Sequence record: PX123008.1
DNA length: 44,682 nt
From: a phage
Strand: one strand, 5' to 3'
Shown: piece by piece, positions 17,861-27,181 of the stretch
How the letters are laid out: every line of letters starts with the position of its first letter
Position numbering within the stretch: the first letter of the stretch is position 1
Translations under genes and position numbers: made by a program
Notes under the pieces: generated by a model
What the model was told of the DNA's origin: nothing
Databases searched by the model: none
The model's input: the letters and a program-made list of their open reading frames with translations, nothing else

Positions 17861-20800
17861 CGATTATCTACGACGTCACAGGCCATAAAGGCGGAGGCGG
17901 CAAACAGCACACCCCACAGGAGACGCCTGACAGCCTGCATTCGCTGGCTAAAATCCGCATCTTGCTCGCACTGGGCGAAGGTGAGTTCGAAGGCATTACC
18001 GACCCTAACGAATTACGGCAGCGCGTATACCTGGACGGAACACCGATCCAGAACGCCGACCGATCCGAAAACTTCCCCGGCGCGCGCGTGGAGTTCCGTC
18101 CAGGCACACAGCACCAGGATGTGATCCACGGATTTTCCGCAGTGGAAAGCGAGCAAACAGTTGGCGTAAAACTGGAAAACGGCACGCCGTGGGTGCGCCA
18201 GATTAACGACACCAGTTTGGACGCCGTGCGCATTCGAATCGGCATTCCGGCCCTGTACACTAACGAAGATAATGGCGACCTGGTGGGCGGGCGCATTGAC
18301 TATAAAATCGTGGTGTATACGGATAACGCGGATCCGCGCGAGTTCCGCTTCTCTGCCGTCGGTAAGACAATGTCGCTGTACGAGCGCGACCACCGCATTG
18401 AGTTACCGCCGAACGTGAATACCGGCTGGCGCGTGGAGGTGCACCGCACGACGGCAGACTCCACATCGGCGAAAGTGGTCAATGATATTCGGGTGCAATC
18501 CATTACTGAGATTATCGACGCCCGCCTGCGATACCCGCTAACCGCGCTGTTGTTCGTGGAGTTCGACGCTAAGGCTTTCCAGAACATCCCGCGCGTGTCC
18601 ATCAAGTGCAAAGGACGTAAAGTGCTGGTGCCGAACAACTATGACCCGATTAGGCATACCTATTCGGGAAACTGGGATGGCACGTTTAAACGCGCATGGA
18701 CGGATAACCCGGCGTGGCACTGGTACGATATTTGTATTACTGAGCGCTTCGGCCTCGGTCGGCGTATCAAACCGCAAATGTTAAACCGGTACGCGCTCTA
18801 CCAGATTGCGCAGCGCTGCGATCAGCTGGTCAGTGACGGCAACGGCGGACGGGAAATCCGATTTAAGAATGATATGTACATTCAGTCACAGACGGATGCC
18901 TGGACCGTGCTTAAGGATTTAGCCGCTATCTTTGCCGGTATGACCTGGTGGGGAAATCAGATGTTGAATATCGTCAGTGACCAGCCGGTCGCAGCGGTAT
19001 CGCACACCATCACCAACGCCTCGGTCATTGATGGTAGATTCGACTACGCGTCCGGTAGCCAGAAAACTCGGTATTCCACGTTCGCGGTAGCATACGGCAA
19101 CCCGAAGAACCACTATGAAGACGCCATTGCTACGGGGCAGCGTGTCGAACTGGTACGCCGCCATAAGATTAACCGTCTGGATATAACGGCGATCGGCTGT
19201 ACGCGTGAGTCAGAAGCGCAACGACGTGGGCACTGGGCGCTAATCTCCAACCAGCTTGACCAGCAAGTTAGCTTTAAGGTTGGCATGGAGGGACTTTTCT
19301 TTATTCCGGGTAGCGTAGTCGCGATCGCCGATACAAACATTTCTGGCGGCTTCGAGACACGCGGCGGTCGCCTGTTGTCAGATCCAGGCACGCGTACTGT
19401 ACTGAACACAGACAGCGAAATCACGTTCCGCCCAGGTGATAAATTCCTGGTACGCACCGATAGCGGTAGTGTGGAGACTCGCGAGATCGCCAGCGTCAAC
19501 GGCAACAAGGTTACGCTAAAAACCGCACTGGACGCCGACCCTATTCCAGACCAGCCGTTTTGCGTTGATGGCGACGATATCCAGTTGCAGAAATTCCGCA
19601 TCACCGACCTGGAATATGACGACTCTACCAGCACTTTTTCAGTGCGCGGGATCGAGTACAACGATAGCAAATATGATGCCGTTGATAATGGCGCTCGCCT
19701 TGACCCTGGTATTTTCACGCAAGTGCCAGACGGCGTAATGAAGGGGCCGGAGTCCGTGACCATCACCCCGTCGCAGATTTCATCGCAAGGCCAGCTAATC
19801 ACCAACGTGGATATTGTTTTCCCGCCGGTGAAAGATGCCGTGGTGTATGAAATACAGTGGCGACGTACCAGCTTGCAGAATATGGAAATCCAGTGGGGTA
19901 ACGACTGGGTGAACATCCCCCGCACGGCATCGAACGGTGCGCACATCCCGAACGTGTTTTCCGGTAACTATCAGGCACGCGTCCGCGCGATCGGTATGGG
20001 TGAGATTTCATCCCCGTGGGTGTCGTCTGCCATCACGCCGATCGAAGGTCGTCTCGGTGGGCTTAACGCGCCTATCATCACCAACGCGATTTCGGGCCTC
20101 CACCAAATTTTGTGGAAGTGGAACCACAACAACGCCGCGACGGATATTTCGTATACCGAGCTTGAGGTCCGCAAGCGGGGCGAAACGGAATGGAAGTTCT
20201 TGACCAACGTCCCATATCCGGGGTCGGACTATGCGCAAACGTCGCTGGAGTTCGGCATATACCAGCAGTTGCGCGCCCGCGTAGCGGATAAAATCGGCAA
20301 CCTGTCGGACTGGTCTGCCCCGTTTGAAGGCCAGGTGAGTGACAAAGTTGACGAGTACATGAAGGGGCTTGATGACGAGTTCTTGACTTCCGAGGATGGT
20401 AAACGCTTCCAGGAAGCGATCGACACCATGCCGCAAGGCATTTATGAGGCCATGCTCACCGACGCACAGCAGTTGTTTAACGCCCGCGCCGAGTATAAAG
20501 GGATTTATGCGGAAATAACGGTGGCATATAACGTGGCGGCGGACGCCCACAAGGCGGTCGCTCAACTGGAGACGTTGATCGGCACGCGCCTTGACGATGC
20601 TGAAGCGGCGATCCACACGTTGCAGACGGCGCAGAGTACGCAGGAACAAGCGTTCGCCCAGTACCAGCAAACTGTTGCCGCTAAGTTCGCGGAACAGGAA
20701 GCTGCCATCCAGCAGGTACAAACGGCAACGGCAGACGTAGCGGGCGCGCTGGCGGAGTACAAGACCCATGTAGCGGCGCAGTTCGACCAACAGTCCGCAG

Positions 20801-21279
20801 CTATTGAGCAGAAGATGACGTCTTCGTTTAACCATGCTGGCGGTAGTGCCACATACAGCCTTAAGGCTGGCGTGACGTATAACGGGACTTACTACGATGC
20901 CGGTATGCAGCTTTCGGTCGTGGCGGAAGGTGGCGCGGTTAAATCCCGCATCGCGTTCAAGGCTGACCAGTTCTACATCATGCACCCATCTAACGGGTCG
21001 CTTTCGTCTGCGTTTATTGTAGACGGCGGGGCGGTGTACATCGACACGGCACGCATCAAGGACGCGACTATCAACTTCGCGCAGATCACGGACACGCTGC
21101 AATCTAATAACTACGACGGCAGCACGCGAGGCTGGCGCTTAGGGAAAGATGGGACGTTTATCAACCTGGGAACCGGTAGCGGTGGCGGGGCGATGAAAAT
21201 GACGAATGACACAATCAGCGTAAAGGATTCTAACGGGGTTTTGCGGGTCCAGATTGGTAAAATCACGGGGGGTTGGTGA
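17857..21279 (+). CDS. central tail fibre / host specificity protein (lambda gpJ-like)
   Basis: 1140 aa; N-terminus HKGGGGKQHTPQE parallels lambda J GKGSSKGHTPRE; size and position after the I-like gene. Confidence 0.88.
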   Translation: MTIIYDVTGHKGGGGKQHTPQETPDSLHSLAKIRILLALGEGEFEGITDPNELRQRVYLDGTPIQNADRSENFPGARVEFRPGTQHQDVIHGFSAVESEQTVGVKLENGTPWVRQINDTSLDAVRIRIGIPALYTNEDNGDLVGGRIDYKIVVYTDNADPREFRFSAVGKTMSLYERDHRIELPPNVNTGWRVEVHRTTADSTSAKVVNDIRVQSITEIIDARLRYPLTALLFVEFDAKAFQNIPRVSIKCKGRKVLVPNNYDPIRHTYSGNWDGTFKRAWTDNPAWHWYDICITERFGLGRRIKPQMLNRYALYQIAQRCDQLVSDGNGGREIRFKNDMYIQSQTDAWTVLKDLAAIFAGMTWWGNQMLNIVSDQPVAAVSHTITNASVIDGRFDYASGSQKTRYSTFAVAYGNPKNHYEDAIATGQRVELVRRHKINRLDITAIGCTRESEAQRRGHWALISNQLDQQVSFKVGMEGLFFIPGSVVAIADTNISGGFETRGGRLLSDPGTRTVLNTDSEITFRPGDKFLVRTDSGSVETREIASVNGNKVTLKTALDADPIPDQPFCVDGDDIQLQKFRITDLEYDDSTSTFSVRGIEYNDSKYDAVDNGARLDPGIFTQVPDGVMKGPESVTITPSQISSQGQLITNVDIVFPPVKDAVVYEIQWRRTSLQNMEIQWGNDWVNIPRTASNGAHIPNVFSGNYQARVRAIGMGEISSPWVSSAITPIEGRLGGLNAPIITNAISGLHQILWKWNHNNAATDISYTELEVRKRGETEWKFLTNVPYPGSDYAQTSLEFGIYQQLRARVADKIGNLSDWSAPFEGQVSDKVDEYMKGLDDEFLTSEDGKRFQEAIDTMPQGIYEAMLTDAQQLFNARAEYKGIYAEITVAYNVAADAHKAVAQLETLIGTRLDDAEAAIHTLQTAQSTQEQAFAQYQQTVAAKFAEQEAAIQQVQTATADVAGALAEYKTHVAAQFDQQSAAIEQKMTSSFNHAGGSATYSLKAGVTYNGTYYDAGMQLSVVAEGGAVKSRIAFKADQFYIMHPSNGSLSSAFIVDGGAVYIDTARIKDATINFAQITDTLQSNNYDGSTRGWRLGKDGTFINLGTGSGGGAMKMTNDTISVKDSNGVLRVQIGKITGGW

Positions 21280-21282
21280 TAT

Positions 21283-21300
21283 AGGGGCTTCGGCCCCTTC
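21283..21300. terminator. bidirectional hairpin between convergent genes
   Basis: GGGGC-ttcg-GCCCC between the J-like stop and the minus-strand gene at 21303. Confidence 0.45.
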
Positions 21301-21302
21301 TA

Positions 21303-21917
21303 TCAATCGTATTTAGCCGCATCTATTGCGAGTATGGATGGTGAATAATAAACGCCGAGCGGCCCTGGTGTGTGGGCTACTTGCTTAGATATCGAATAAA
21401 TGCCTGTTCCGGATGCGCCGGATTGTGATTCATAAATCGCGTGCCCACCAATCTGAGGGGTGGGAACCGAGTTTATTGCCGTTTGTTGTGGCGATACGGC
21501 ACATGTATACCCCAGATTAACATCAAAAGACAGACCATTTATCGGTATTTGGTGGGCCTCCAGCGGCAGCATTTTCCCGTGGTACACCATATTCCCCGCA
21601 GAATTATAGAATGCGATCCCGTAGTCTCCTGGCGGGGTAACCATATCACTAAAAGCATAAACCTTAATCCATCCTGGATTGTCAGTTTTGTCTAGCCGGA
21701 GCGCATGATAACCACCATTATTTATGTGGGTGAATGCCGTGTATGCACGCCCTCCCATCCTTACAAAGAAAAAGCACACGCGATCGAATGGTATTGGCGT
21801 TGTAAAAACAGAACCGCTATACACCCCCATATCACCGCGACTTATCAAATTAACAGGCGTAAAATCCGGGCTTAACCAAATGGACCCATCCGGCTTTGTG
21901 ATCTGCATTCCGTACAT
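21303..21917 (-). CDS. hypothetical protein
   Basis: 204 aa, ATG with GGGGG RBS; possible own promoter TTTAAC-N17-TATATA upstream. Confidence 0.5.
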   Translation of the reverse strand: MYGMQITKPDGSIWLSPDFTPVNLISRGDMGVYSGSVFTTPIPFDRVCFFFVRMGGRAYTAFTHINNGGYHALRLDKTDNPGWIKVYAFSDMVTPPGDYGIAFYNSAGNMVYHGKMLPLEAHQIPINGLSFDVNLGYTCAVSPQQTAINSVPTPQIGGHAIYESQSGASGTGIYSISKQVAHTPGPLGVYYSPSILAIDAAKYD

Positions 21918-21918
21918 G

Positions 21919-22200
21919 CTACCCCCAATACGTATATATAAATCTTGATTCGCCAGCGTTAAAGCCGCTCCAGGAGACAGTGTTGTCGCTTACGGATATC
22001 GATGGCGCACCCCATGATGTGCCGCTCCAGGTATGCGTACCAACGTAACCTGCCTTTAAACTTTTCCCCGGCGGACGGTTGTGATACGTCTTGCTCCCGG
22101 ATGGTTGTGTGAATTTGTCAAGAAAAAAAACCGGCGTTAACAGGCCGGTGACGTCACGGCCATGTTCGTCATAAATCGCGTACCCATAGTTACTCACTTT
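21919..22200 (-). CDS. hypothetical ORF, doubtful (contains a terminator)
   Basis: open frame with only GTG/TTG starts; a hairpin plus T8 terminator lies inside it. Confidence 0.2.
   Translation of the reverse strand, partial: KVSNYGYAIYDEHGRDVTGLLTPVFFLDKFTQPSGSKTYHNRPPGKSLKAGYVGTHTWSGTSWGAPSISVSDNTVSWSGFNAGESRFIYTYWG
22105..22134 (-). terminator. rho-independent terminator downstream of the lipoprotein gene
   Basis: minus-strand ACCGGC-ctgttaac-GCCGGT followed by TTTTTTTT. Confidence 0.6.
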
Positions 22201-22459
22201 TACACTCCACAATTTCAAATTTATCTTCGCTTTGCCATCTGTGAACGAAAGTTACAAATTTCTGTGATGGGGCTACCCGGTATTGTTTTTCGCCAAATCG
22301 GTTTTCACGCACCGCGTTTAGTTTAACAGGGTAGCTATCGTTTACGGGGAATGTTTTAACTACATATTGGCCTGTGCAATTAATGGCCTTGTAGTTGCCG
22401 TCTGGTGACGCGGAGCAACCGGACAAAAGAACCGCACAAATCATAATTAAAGTTTTCAT
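22190..22459 (-). CDS. small lipoprotein, candidate Cor/Llp-like superinfection-exclusion protein
   Basis: 89 aa, AGGAG RBS; signal peptide with lipobox LSGC; two further cysteines; sits between the J-like and tail-fibre genes. Confidence 0.55.
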   Translation of the reverse strand: MKTLIMICAVLLSGCSASPDGNYKAINCTGQYVVKTFPVNDSYPVKLNAVRENRFGEKQYRVAPSQKFVTFVHRWQSEDKFEIVECKSE

Positions 22460-22539
22460 GGTATCATCTCCTATATTTGGTTGAGTTTTAGTATTACACC
22501 GCTCGATCAAGAATGCAACCAATTTACGAGGATTTAGCT

Positions 22540-23925
22540 ATGGCGGCGGGAACATTATCCGTAACGAATAACAGCAAGGCAGTTGCAGGGGTTGACACGA
22601 CGTTCACCGCGTTTAAAGCTGGCGACTTCTTAACTCTGGTGGTGGGGCAAGTGCCTTACACCGTGGCAATCGCATCCATCGAAAGCGACACCGCGCTTAC
22701 GCTTGTGCTGCCGTTCGACGGACCCACGGCAACCGGCCTCGCGTGGGATGGCGTTAAGCGCGATACCATGTCACTGGCAACGATGGGCGTTACCGTACAG
22801 GCGCAGAAAGCACTGCGCTTGATGATTGCGGACGAAAACAACTGGCGTGCAATCTTCGGAGACGAAGAAGAAATCACGGTAACGCTGCCGAACGGGCAAG
22901 TTATGCAGGGTATGTCGTGGGGATACCTGTCGCAATTGCTGAAGGAAGTTGACCCCGTTGAAATGCGCAACCTGCAACAACAAGCCGCGGCATCTGAAGC
23001 AGCAGCGCAAGGATTTCGCGATCAGGCCAATGCTGCGAAGTTAGACGCACAAGCCGCGCGCGACGCGGCAAAGACCTCCGAGACTAACGCCGAGCAATGG
23101 GCGCAAAGCGTGAACGCCAACAACCTGCTAACAAAATCCGGCAACCTGCTAACAAAATCCGGCAACCTGGCGGGCATTACGGATTCGGCGGAGGCTCGTA
23201 ACAATCTTGGTCTGGGTCCTTTGTCTACAGCAAATGTGGTACCGGTAGAAAACGGTGGTACGGGAGTAACCAGGGCCGAGGATCTATGGCCTGTAGTTCG
23301 ACCTGTCGACGTGTTCGGAAACGTAGGTCACCTTATAGGTATTCCTAACGGTATTACACGAAATCATATCTGGCTGTGGAACACCGCAGATACACCACCT
23401 GCCGGTTGGGTTAACTACATGGAGGGGGGTTGGTTTAATGGTGTATGGCGTTTAGGTGGGGTTCGTGGCGGTAACGAGAACTTATCACATGCGCAGATTA
23501 CCGTTAATAGCGGTCAGGGTTCGGAAGCTCACTTCATGTTTTATCCTGATGGTTCCGCGCTCGCCGCAAACTGGGTGTCAACATCTGACCCACGTGTCAA
23601 GTCTCTGGTTGAGGTTATACCGGACCCTCTTGATTTGATGCGCAGTATCCGGGGTTATTCGTGGTACTACGAGCATACTGGTAGTAAGGGCTTCGGGTTC
23701 CTGTCTTCCGAGGTGAAGGTTAACTTCCGCGGGGCTGTTAAGACATTCGGTGATGCTGAGTTGCCCGATGGCACCGTAGTCCATGATGTAGAAGGTGTTG
23801 ATGTATCTGGTGTATCTGCCGCCCTCCACCATGAAGCCATTCTTGCTTTGATGGATAAAATGGAGGATATGCAGAAGGAACTGGAGGAGTTGAAAACTGC
23901 CGTAGCGGCCAAGACTAAAGCATAA
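22540..23925 (+). CDS. tail fibre protein
   Basis: ATG with GAGGA RBS 8 nt upstream (the track start at 22513 has no RBS); contains an in-frame NLLTKSG x2 repeat; 3' end duplicated. Confidence 0.65.
   Translation: MAAGTLSVTNNSKAVAGVDTTFTAFKAGDFLTLVVGQVPYTVAIASIESDTALTLVLPFDGPTATGLAWDGVKRDTMSLATMGVTVQAQKALRLMIADENNWRAIFGDEEEITVTLPNGQVMQGMSWGYLSQLLKEVDPVEMRNLQQQAAASEAAAQGFRDQANAAKLDAQAARDAAKTSETNAEQWAQSVNANNLLTKSGNLLTKSGNLAGITDSAEARNNLGLGPLSTANVVPVENGGTGVTRAEDLWPVVRPVDVFGNVGHLIGIPNGITRNHIWLWNTADTPPAGWVNYMEGGWFNGVWRLGGVRGGNENLSHAQITVNSGQGSEAHFMFYPDGSALAANWVSTSDPRVKSLVEVIPDPLDLMRSIRGYSWYYEHTGSKGFGFLSSEVKVNFRGAVKTFGDAELPDGTVVHDVEGVDVSGVSAALHHEAILALMDKMEDMQKELEELKTAVAAKTKA
23121..23162. repeat. 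21-bp in-frame tandem repeat inside the tail fibre gene
   Basis: caacctgctaacaaaatccgg twice, encoding NLLTKSG twice. Confidence 0.9.
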
Positions 23926-23981
23926 GGAGAAAGGGCCATACGGCCCAGACTAAAGCATAAGGAGAAAGGGCCATACGGCCC
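23912..23981. repeat. 35-bp tandem duplication covering the tail fibre stop codon and terminator hairpin
   Basis: agactaaagcataaggagaaagggccatacggccc twice; only the second copy is followed by T9. Confidence 0.9.
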
Positions 23982-23990
23982 TTTTTTTTT
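23966..23990 (+). terminator. rho-independent terminator after the tail fibre gene
   Basis: GGGCC-atac-GGCCC hairpin followed by T9. Confidence 0.6.
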
Positions 23991-24564
23991 AGTTTGAGTT
24001 TTCCCAATCCATTTTGCGCCTCACCAGCGGGCTTTCGTAGTATTCCTTACCTTCAACTTCCACTAAAGGCCAATCGTTCACGATCACGTATGGCTCTGCT
24101 ATATCCTCAATCACACCGCTGGCGCTATGTTGTCCGAACGACACACCGACCAGAATAACACCGGCAACTCGACGAGCAAGATACTCGCGAGCGCAACGTG
24201 CCTCGACCAGTCCTCGACGGATGCCGCTGGTGGCTTTGACCTCATAGGTCCAGACGGCATCAATCATATGTTCGCGGAAGTCAGGGCCGGATTTTACCTT
24301 GCGCTTGCCAACCATGATAATATCGCCGCGGTCGATAGTGTTAGCGCTAAACAGGCCGGTACGCATTAGCAAACCTTGCGGGATACAGCTACGCCCGCCC
24401 GCCTGCCCTTCGAGGTACATGCCCGCAAACATTTCGCCCAGCACACCGACGAGTCTGCTTTGCTTGCACGCGTCGGACTTTAAGCGCCACTGATCAAACT
24501 CGATGCTTGCAATCATTGCCGCCAGGTGGAATTGTTTACCGGTTATTTCATACTCGCCGTACAT
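23989..24564 (-). CDS. hypothetical protein, possible PD-(D/E)xK-type nuclease
   Basis: 191 aa, GAGGG RBS; weak D...EVK pattern (IDAVWTYEVK); last gene of the minus-strand early block. Confidence 0.4.
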   Translation of the reverse strand: MYGEYEITGKQFHLAAMIASIEFDQWRLKSDACKQSRLVGVLGEMFAGMYLEGQAGGRSCIPQGLLMRTGLFSANTIDRGDIIMVGKRKVKSGPDFREHMIDAVWTYEVKATSGIRRGLVEARCAREYLARRVAGVILVGVSFGQHSASGVIEDIAEPYVIVNDWPLVEVEGKEYYESPLVRRKMDWENSN

Positions 24565-24606
24565 TGTGAATCCCTCATTGATGCGGGCCGAAGCCCGCTA
24601 TTAGCA

Positions 24607-25104
24607 TTATTTAAGAGCGCCAGTCACCAGTGTTTTTTCCATGTTGCGGAAATCTTCCGGCGTCATGAGGATTTTAGATCCATCCTCGCCGGTTAGCACG
24701 ACCATAGGCTGCGCATCTTGTGCCTCGACAGCCTTAACAGTCTTGCCTGGGGTTAATGCGCCGCCTGTTTTGACGGGCCAACCTTTGAGGCTTTCAAACT
24801 GTTCTGCCGTTGTATCGATCTGGATCTCGTCATGCACGGTCATGTAAGACTCGCCCAGCAGGGCGGCATACGCTACCAGGTCCACGATGTTATCGTCCCG
24901 GTGCTTACGGATCTGGCGCACCAGCTTCAGGCAGATCAGGAAGGTCCAGGCCTCCTGCTCGGTAAGGTCGCGACCGGTAAGCGCGTTAAACACGGCCGCA
25001 ATCTGTTTGGCGATGCGTTCTTCTTTCTCGTTGCCATAGCCGTTTTCTTTCCCGCGCTGTTCCATAGTGGTGGCGGCGTTTTTGCAGTATTCGTATGCTT
25101 TCAC
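24607..25104 (-). CDS. hypothetical protein
   Basis: start placed at GTG 25104 downstream of the promoter at 25151..25180; the track start at 25152 would lie upstream of the predicted transcription start. Confidence 0.4.
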   Translation of the reverse strand: MKAYEYCKNAATTMEQRGKENGYGNEKEERIAKQIAAVFNALTGRDLTEQEAWTFLICLKLVRQIRKHRDDNIVDLVAYAALLGESYMTVHDEIQIDTTAEQFESLKGWPVKTGGALTPGKTVKAVEAQDAQPMVVLTGEDGSKILMTPEDFRNMEKTLVTGALK

Positions 25105-25150
25105 AGTATTACCCTTTTTAGCGAGGGGGCTGTATTGCCCCGACACGTTC

Positions 25151-25180
25151 ACTATAGTGCAACCAACCTATTGGTTGCAA
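25151..25180 (-). promoter_or_regulatory. sigma70-like promoter (TTGCAA-N18-TATAGT) overlapping a palindromic TGCAACCAA-N4-TTGGTTGCA site
   Basis: hexamers and the inverted repeat at 25158..25179 read directly. Confidence 0.5.
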
Positions 25181-25638
25181 GTGAATTTTGCAACGTTTAT
25201 CGCGTAAATTTTCGGGACCAAATCACCACACGCCCGACGAATTGCCGCGATGTTCTTCTCGCAATCTTCAATGATGACCAGTTCCGACACGTCTGCATAG
25301 CAAACCATTTTGAACACGGCGCACGCCTTAAACTCTGGCGGCGGGGTGTCGTCCAGCATGTGGCGCATAAACAACCGGCCTGTCGGGAATACTTCCAGTT
25401 GTTCGGCGGTGGTTTCCCAGCATTCTCGCTGCCGGTTTGTCAGATACGCGATCTCGAAGCCTTGCTCTTTGTACATGCGCAACAGCGGCAGCATATCCAT
25501 GTTCAGGTCTTCGCGTACATGCGCTTTGTGCCACTTTGCCCAAAAGGTTGATTTCGTTTTTATACCCGGCACCAGGTCGGCACGCGCGTCGCTTGAACCG
25601 TTAATAACGCCATCCAGATCACAAATCAGTAGTTTCAT
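25168..25638 (-). CDS. HAD-superfamily phosphatase-like protein
   Basis: 156 aa, GAGGAG RBS; N-terminal motif ICDLDGVI (DxDG). Confidence 0.55.
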   Translation of the reverse strand: MKLLICDLDGVINGSSDARADLVPGIKTKSTFWAKWHKAHVREDLNMDMLPLLRMYKEQGFEIAYLTNRQRECWETTAEQLEVFPTGRLFMRHMLDDTPPPEFKACAVFKMVCYADVSELVIIEDCEKNIAAIRRACGDLVPKIYAINVAKFTCNQ

Positions 25639-25859
25639 TTCAACTCCTCGATAAGATTCGTACGAACAATACGGGCGGAAAACGTGTCACACACAAGATG
25701 CCAGCGGGCCGTCATTACAAGCCAGCCGGTAAGGTCCAGGCCGAGCAATTGCTCCGGGCGGCTGACCCGCCGTACTTTGTTCTCCCTCGGGTTAATTTGG
25801 TAGCGTTTAACAATTTCGTCCACGACGCGCATACTGCGGTCAACGATTAAGATATTCAT
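25635..25859 (-). CDS. hypothetical protein
   Basis: 74 aa from ATG; the track start at 25868 is GTG. Confidence 0.4.
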   Translation of the reverse strand: MNILIVDRSMRVVDEIVKRYQINPRENKVRRVSRPEQLLGLDLTGWLVMTARWHLVCDTFSARIVRTNLIEELK

Positions 25860-26325
25860 GTAACTCACTCTCGCTCATTATTTCAATTTGTGCGCTGCCG
25901 ATTGGTGGCGCTTCGTCAAAGATTATCAATTGCTGGCACTTGTTATTGCTCGGCCCGACTTCACCGGTGACGGCGTGAATGAATCTAATCCGCCAGTCCA
26001 GAAGAATTATCAGGTTTGCAGTCTTCCGGGCCAGCTTCGCCCACTTCGTCGACGTGTCCTGATTCAGTAGCATGACAGTCCGGCGACCGTGCGCTGCGCA
26101 TTCCACCCACGGCAGCGGATCGGAATACGGCGGATTGCACCACTTCCACCCTTTCAACTCTGACCAGTCCGCATCGAGCGCGCTGTGCTCTGCCGTGAAG
26201 TAACGCGGTAGAAGGTGGTTGTCATCGCTCGCCGCCATGTCATAACGGAATCGGAACTTCCGGCGCAGCGGTTTAAATAAAGCTGGCGGCGTGCGCCAGC
26301 TATCTTTTTGCTCACTCTTCTGCAT
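25840..26325 (-). CDS. DNA N6-adenine methyltransferase (phage Dam family)
   Basis: 161 aa with WRTPPALF near the N-terminus and the catalytic NPPYS motif. Confidence 0.75.
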   Translation of the reverse strand: MQKSEQKDSWRTPPALFKPLRRKFRFRYDMAASDDNHLLPRYFTAEHSALDADWSELKGWKWCNPPYSDPLPWVECAAHGRRTVMLLNQDTSTKWAKLARKTANLIILLDWRIRFIHAVTGEVGPSNNKCQQLIIFDEAPPIGSAQIEIMSESELHEYLNR

Positions 26326-26776
26326 GGTCGGTGTCTATCGCATACAGGGCGATTTTATTGCCGGTTTTGAGAATGCGTTGCACGCGCTTTGTCTCCTCAG
26401 CACTAAGCGGGCGCGCGTCCGGGTAGAAGCTGCCATTTGTAGGGTTGCGCCACGCCATAAGCACCAAATCTTTACGGTCAACCTTAGACTGGCGACACTT
26501 CGGTCGCACGTACTCCTCGGCCCGTTTGCAATGCTCACGCAGCCCGTCGGCAGTGATGCGGTTTAGTGCAACGCTGGTGGTGTATCCGGTGCGCTGCATA
26601 ATCCCCATCAATTCGAATAGCAGTTCGAAGCGCTCCTCTAGCTCCTGGCGCACTTTCTTCTCTCCTTCATATAGCGCCTTGTTGGTGTCCGCCAACGCGT
26701 TCGCGCGTTCGGCCTGTTCGCGGGCTTCGAGGCATTGCGCGGCCCAGTAGTTTTTCTCTTCTTGTAAAATTTTCAT
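26312..26776 (-). CDS. hypothetical protein
   Basis: 154 aa, GGAG RBS; downstream of the promoter at 26824..26852. Confidence 0.5.
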   Translation of the reverse strand: MKILQEEKNYWAAQCLEAREQAERANALADTNKALYEGEKKVRQELEERFELLFELMGIMQRTGYTTSVALNRITADGLREHCKRAEEYVRPKCRQSKVDRKDLVLMAWRNPTNGSFYPDARPLSAEETKRVQRILKTGNKIALYAIDTDHAEE

Positions 26777-26795
26777 CGTGTTGTCTCCAGGTATT

Positions 26796-26821
26796 AAAAA
26801 GGGCGTCCAAACCGGACACCC
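26796..26821 (-). terminator. hairpin plus U-tract overlapping the start region of the promoter at 26824..26852
   Basis: minus-strand GGGTGTCC-ggttt-GGACGCCC followed by TTTTT. Confidence 0.4.
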
Positions 26822-26823
26822 TC

Positions 26824-26852
26824 AATATAATGCAACCAATATGATTATGCAA
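26824..26852 (-). promoter_or_regulatory. sigma70-like promoter (TTGCAT-N17-TATATT) with two ATTGGTTGCAT copies
   Basis: hexamers read directly; motif copies at 26831..26840 and 26848..26857. Confidence 0.5.
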
Positions 26853-26857
26853 CCAAT

Positions 26858-27181
26858 TTACGCATAAAAGTTAGGGTCGCGCGCAACGTCCACCAAATAA
26901 AGATTGCTGATCCGGTTGCCGTAGTGGCCTGGTGTGCGCTGGCGACACACAACGGCGAAGCCTGGAGGGATTGTATTGCCCGTCTCTATAATCCACGCCA
27001 CGCGTGCGCCAGACAGCGTCTTGCCGTTGCACTCGATACGTGTTCCGCCGTCGGCAGTGTTAAGGTTGCCAATCTTGCAGCCTGTGGACTTCAGACGGAT
27101 GACGCCGGTCTTGCTGTCGTAGGAAAAAAGCTGATTGGTCATTGCCACTGAAAAGTCGATGGCGTCGAATGCAGTATTCAT
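26858..27181 (-). CDS. hypothetical protein
   Basis: 107 aa, GAGGA RBS; a loose HNH_3-like pattern (GNRISNLYLV) lacks the catalytic histidines, so left unassigned. Confidence 0.45.
   Translation of the reverse strand: MNTAFDAIDFSVAMTNQLFSYDSKTGVIRLKSTGCKIGNLNTADGGTRIECNGKTLSGARVAWIIETGNTIPPGFAVVCRQRTPGHYGNRISNLYLVDVARDPNFYA

Noticed and set aside
22513-22539. Track start of the tail fibre gene at ATG 22513
   Set aside because: That ATG lies inside the TGCAACCAAT leader motif with no Shine-Dalgarno; the in-frame ATG at 22540 has GAGGA 8 nt upstream and was used instead.
25105-25152. Track start at 25152 for the gene 24607..25152
   Set aside because: The codon is GTG and abuts the -10 box of the promoter at 25151..25180, so it would be upstream of the transcription start; GTG 25104 or a later ATG is more plausible.
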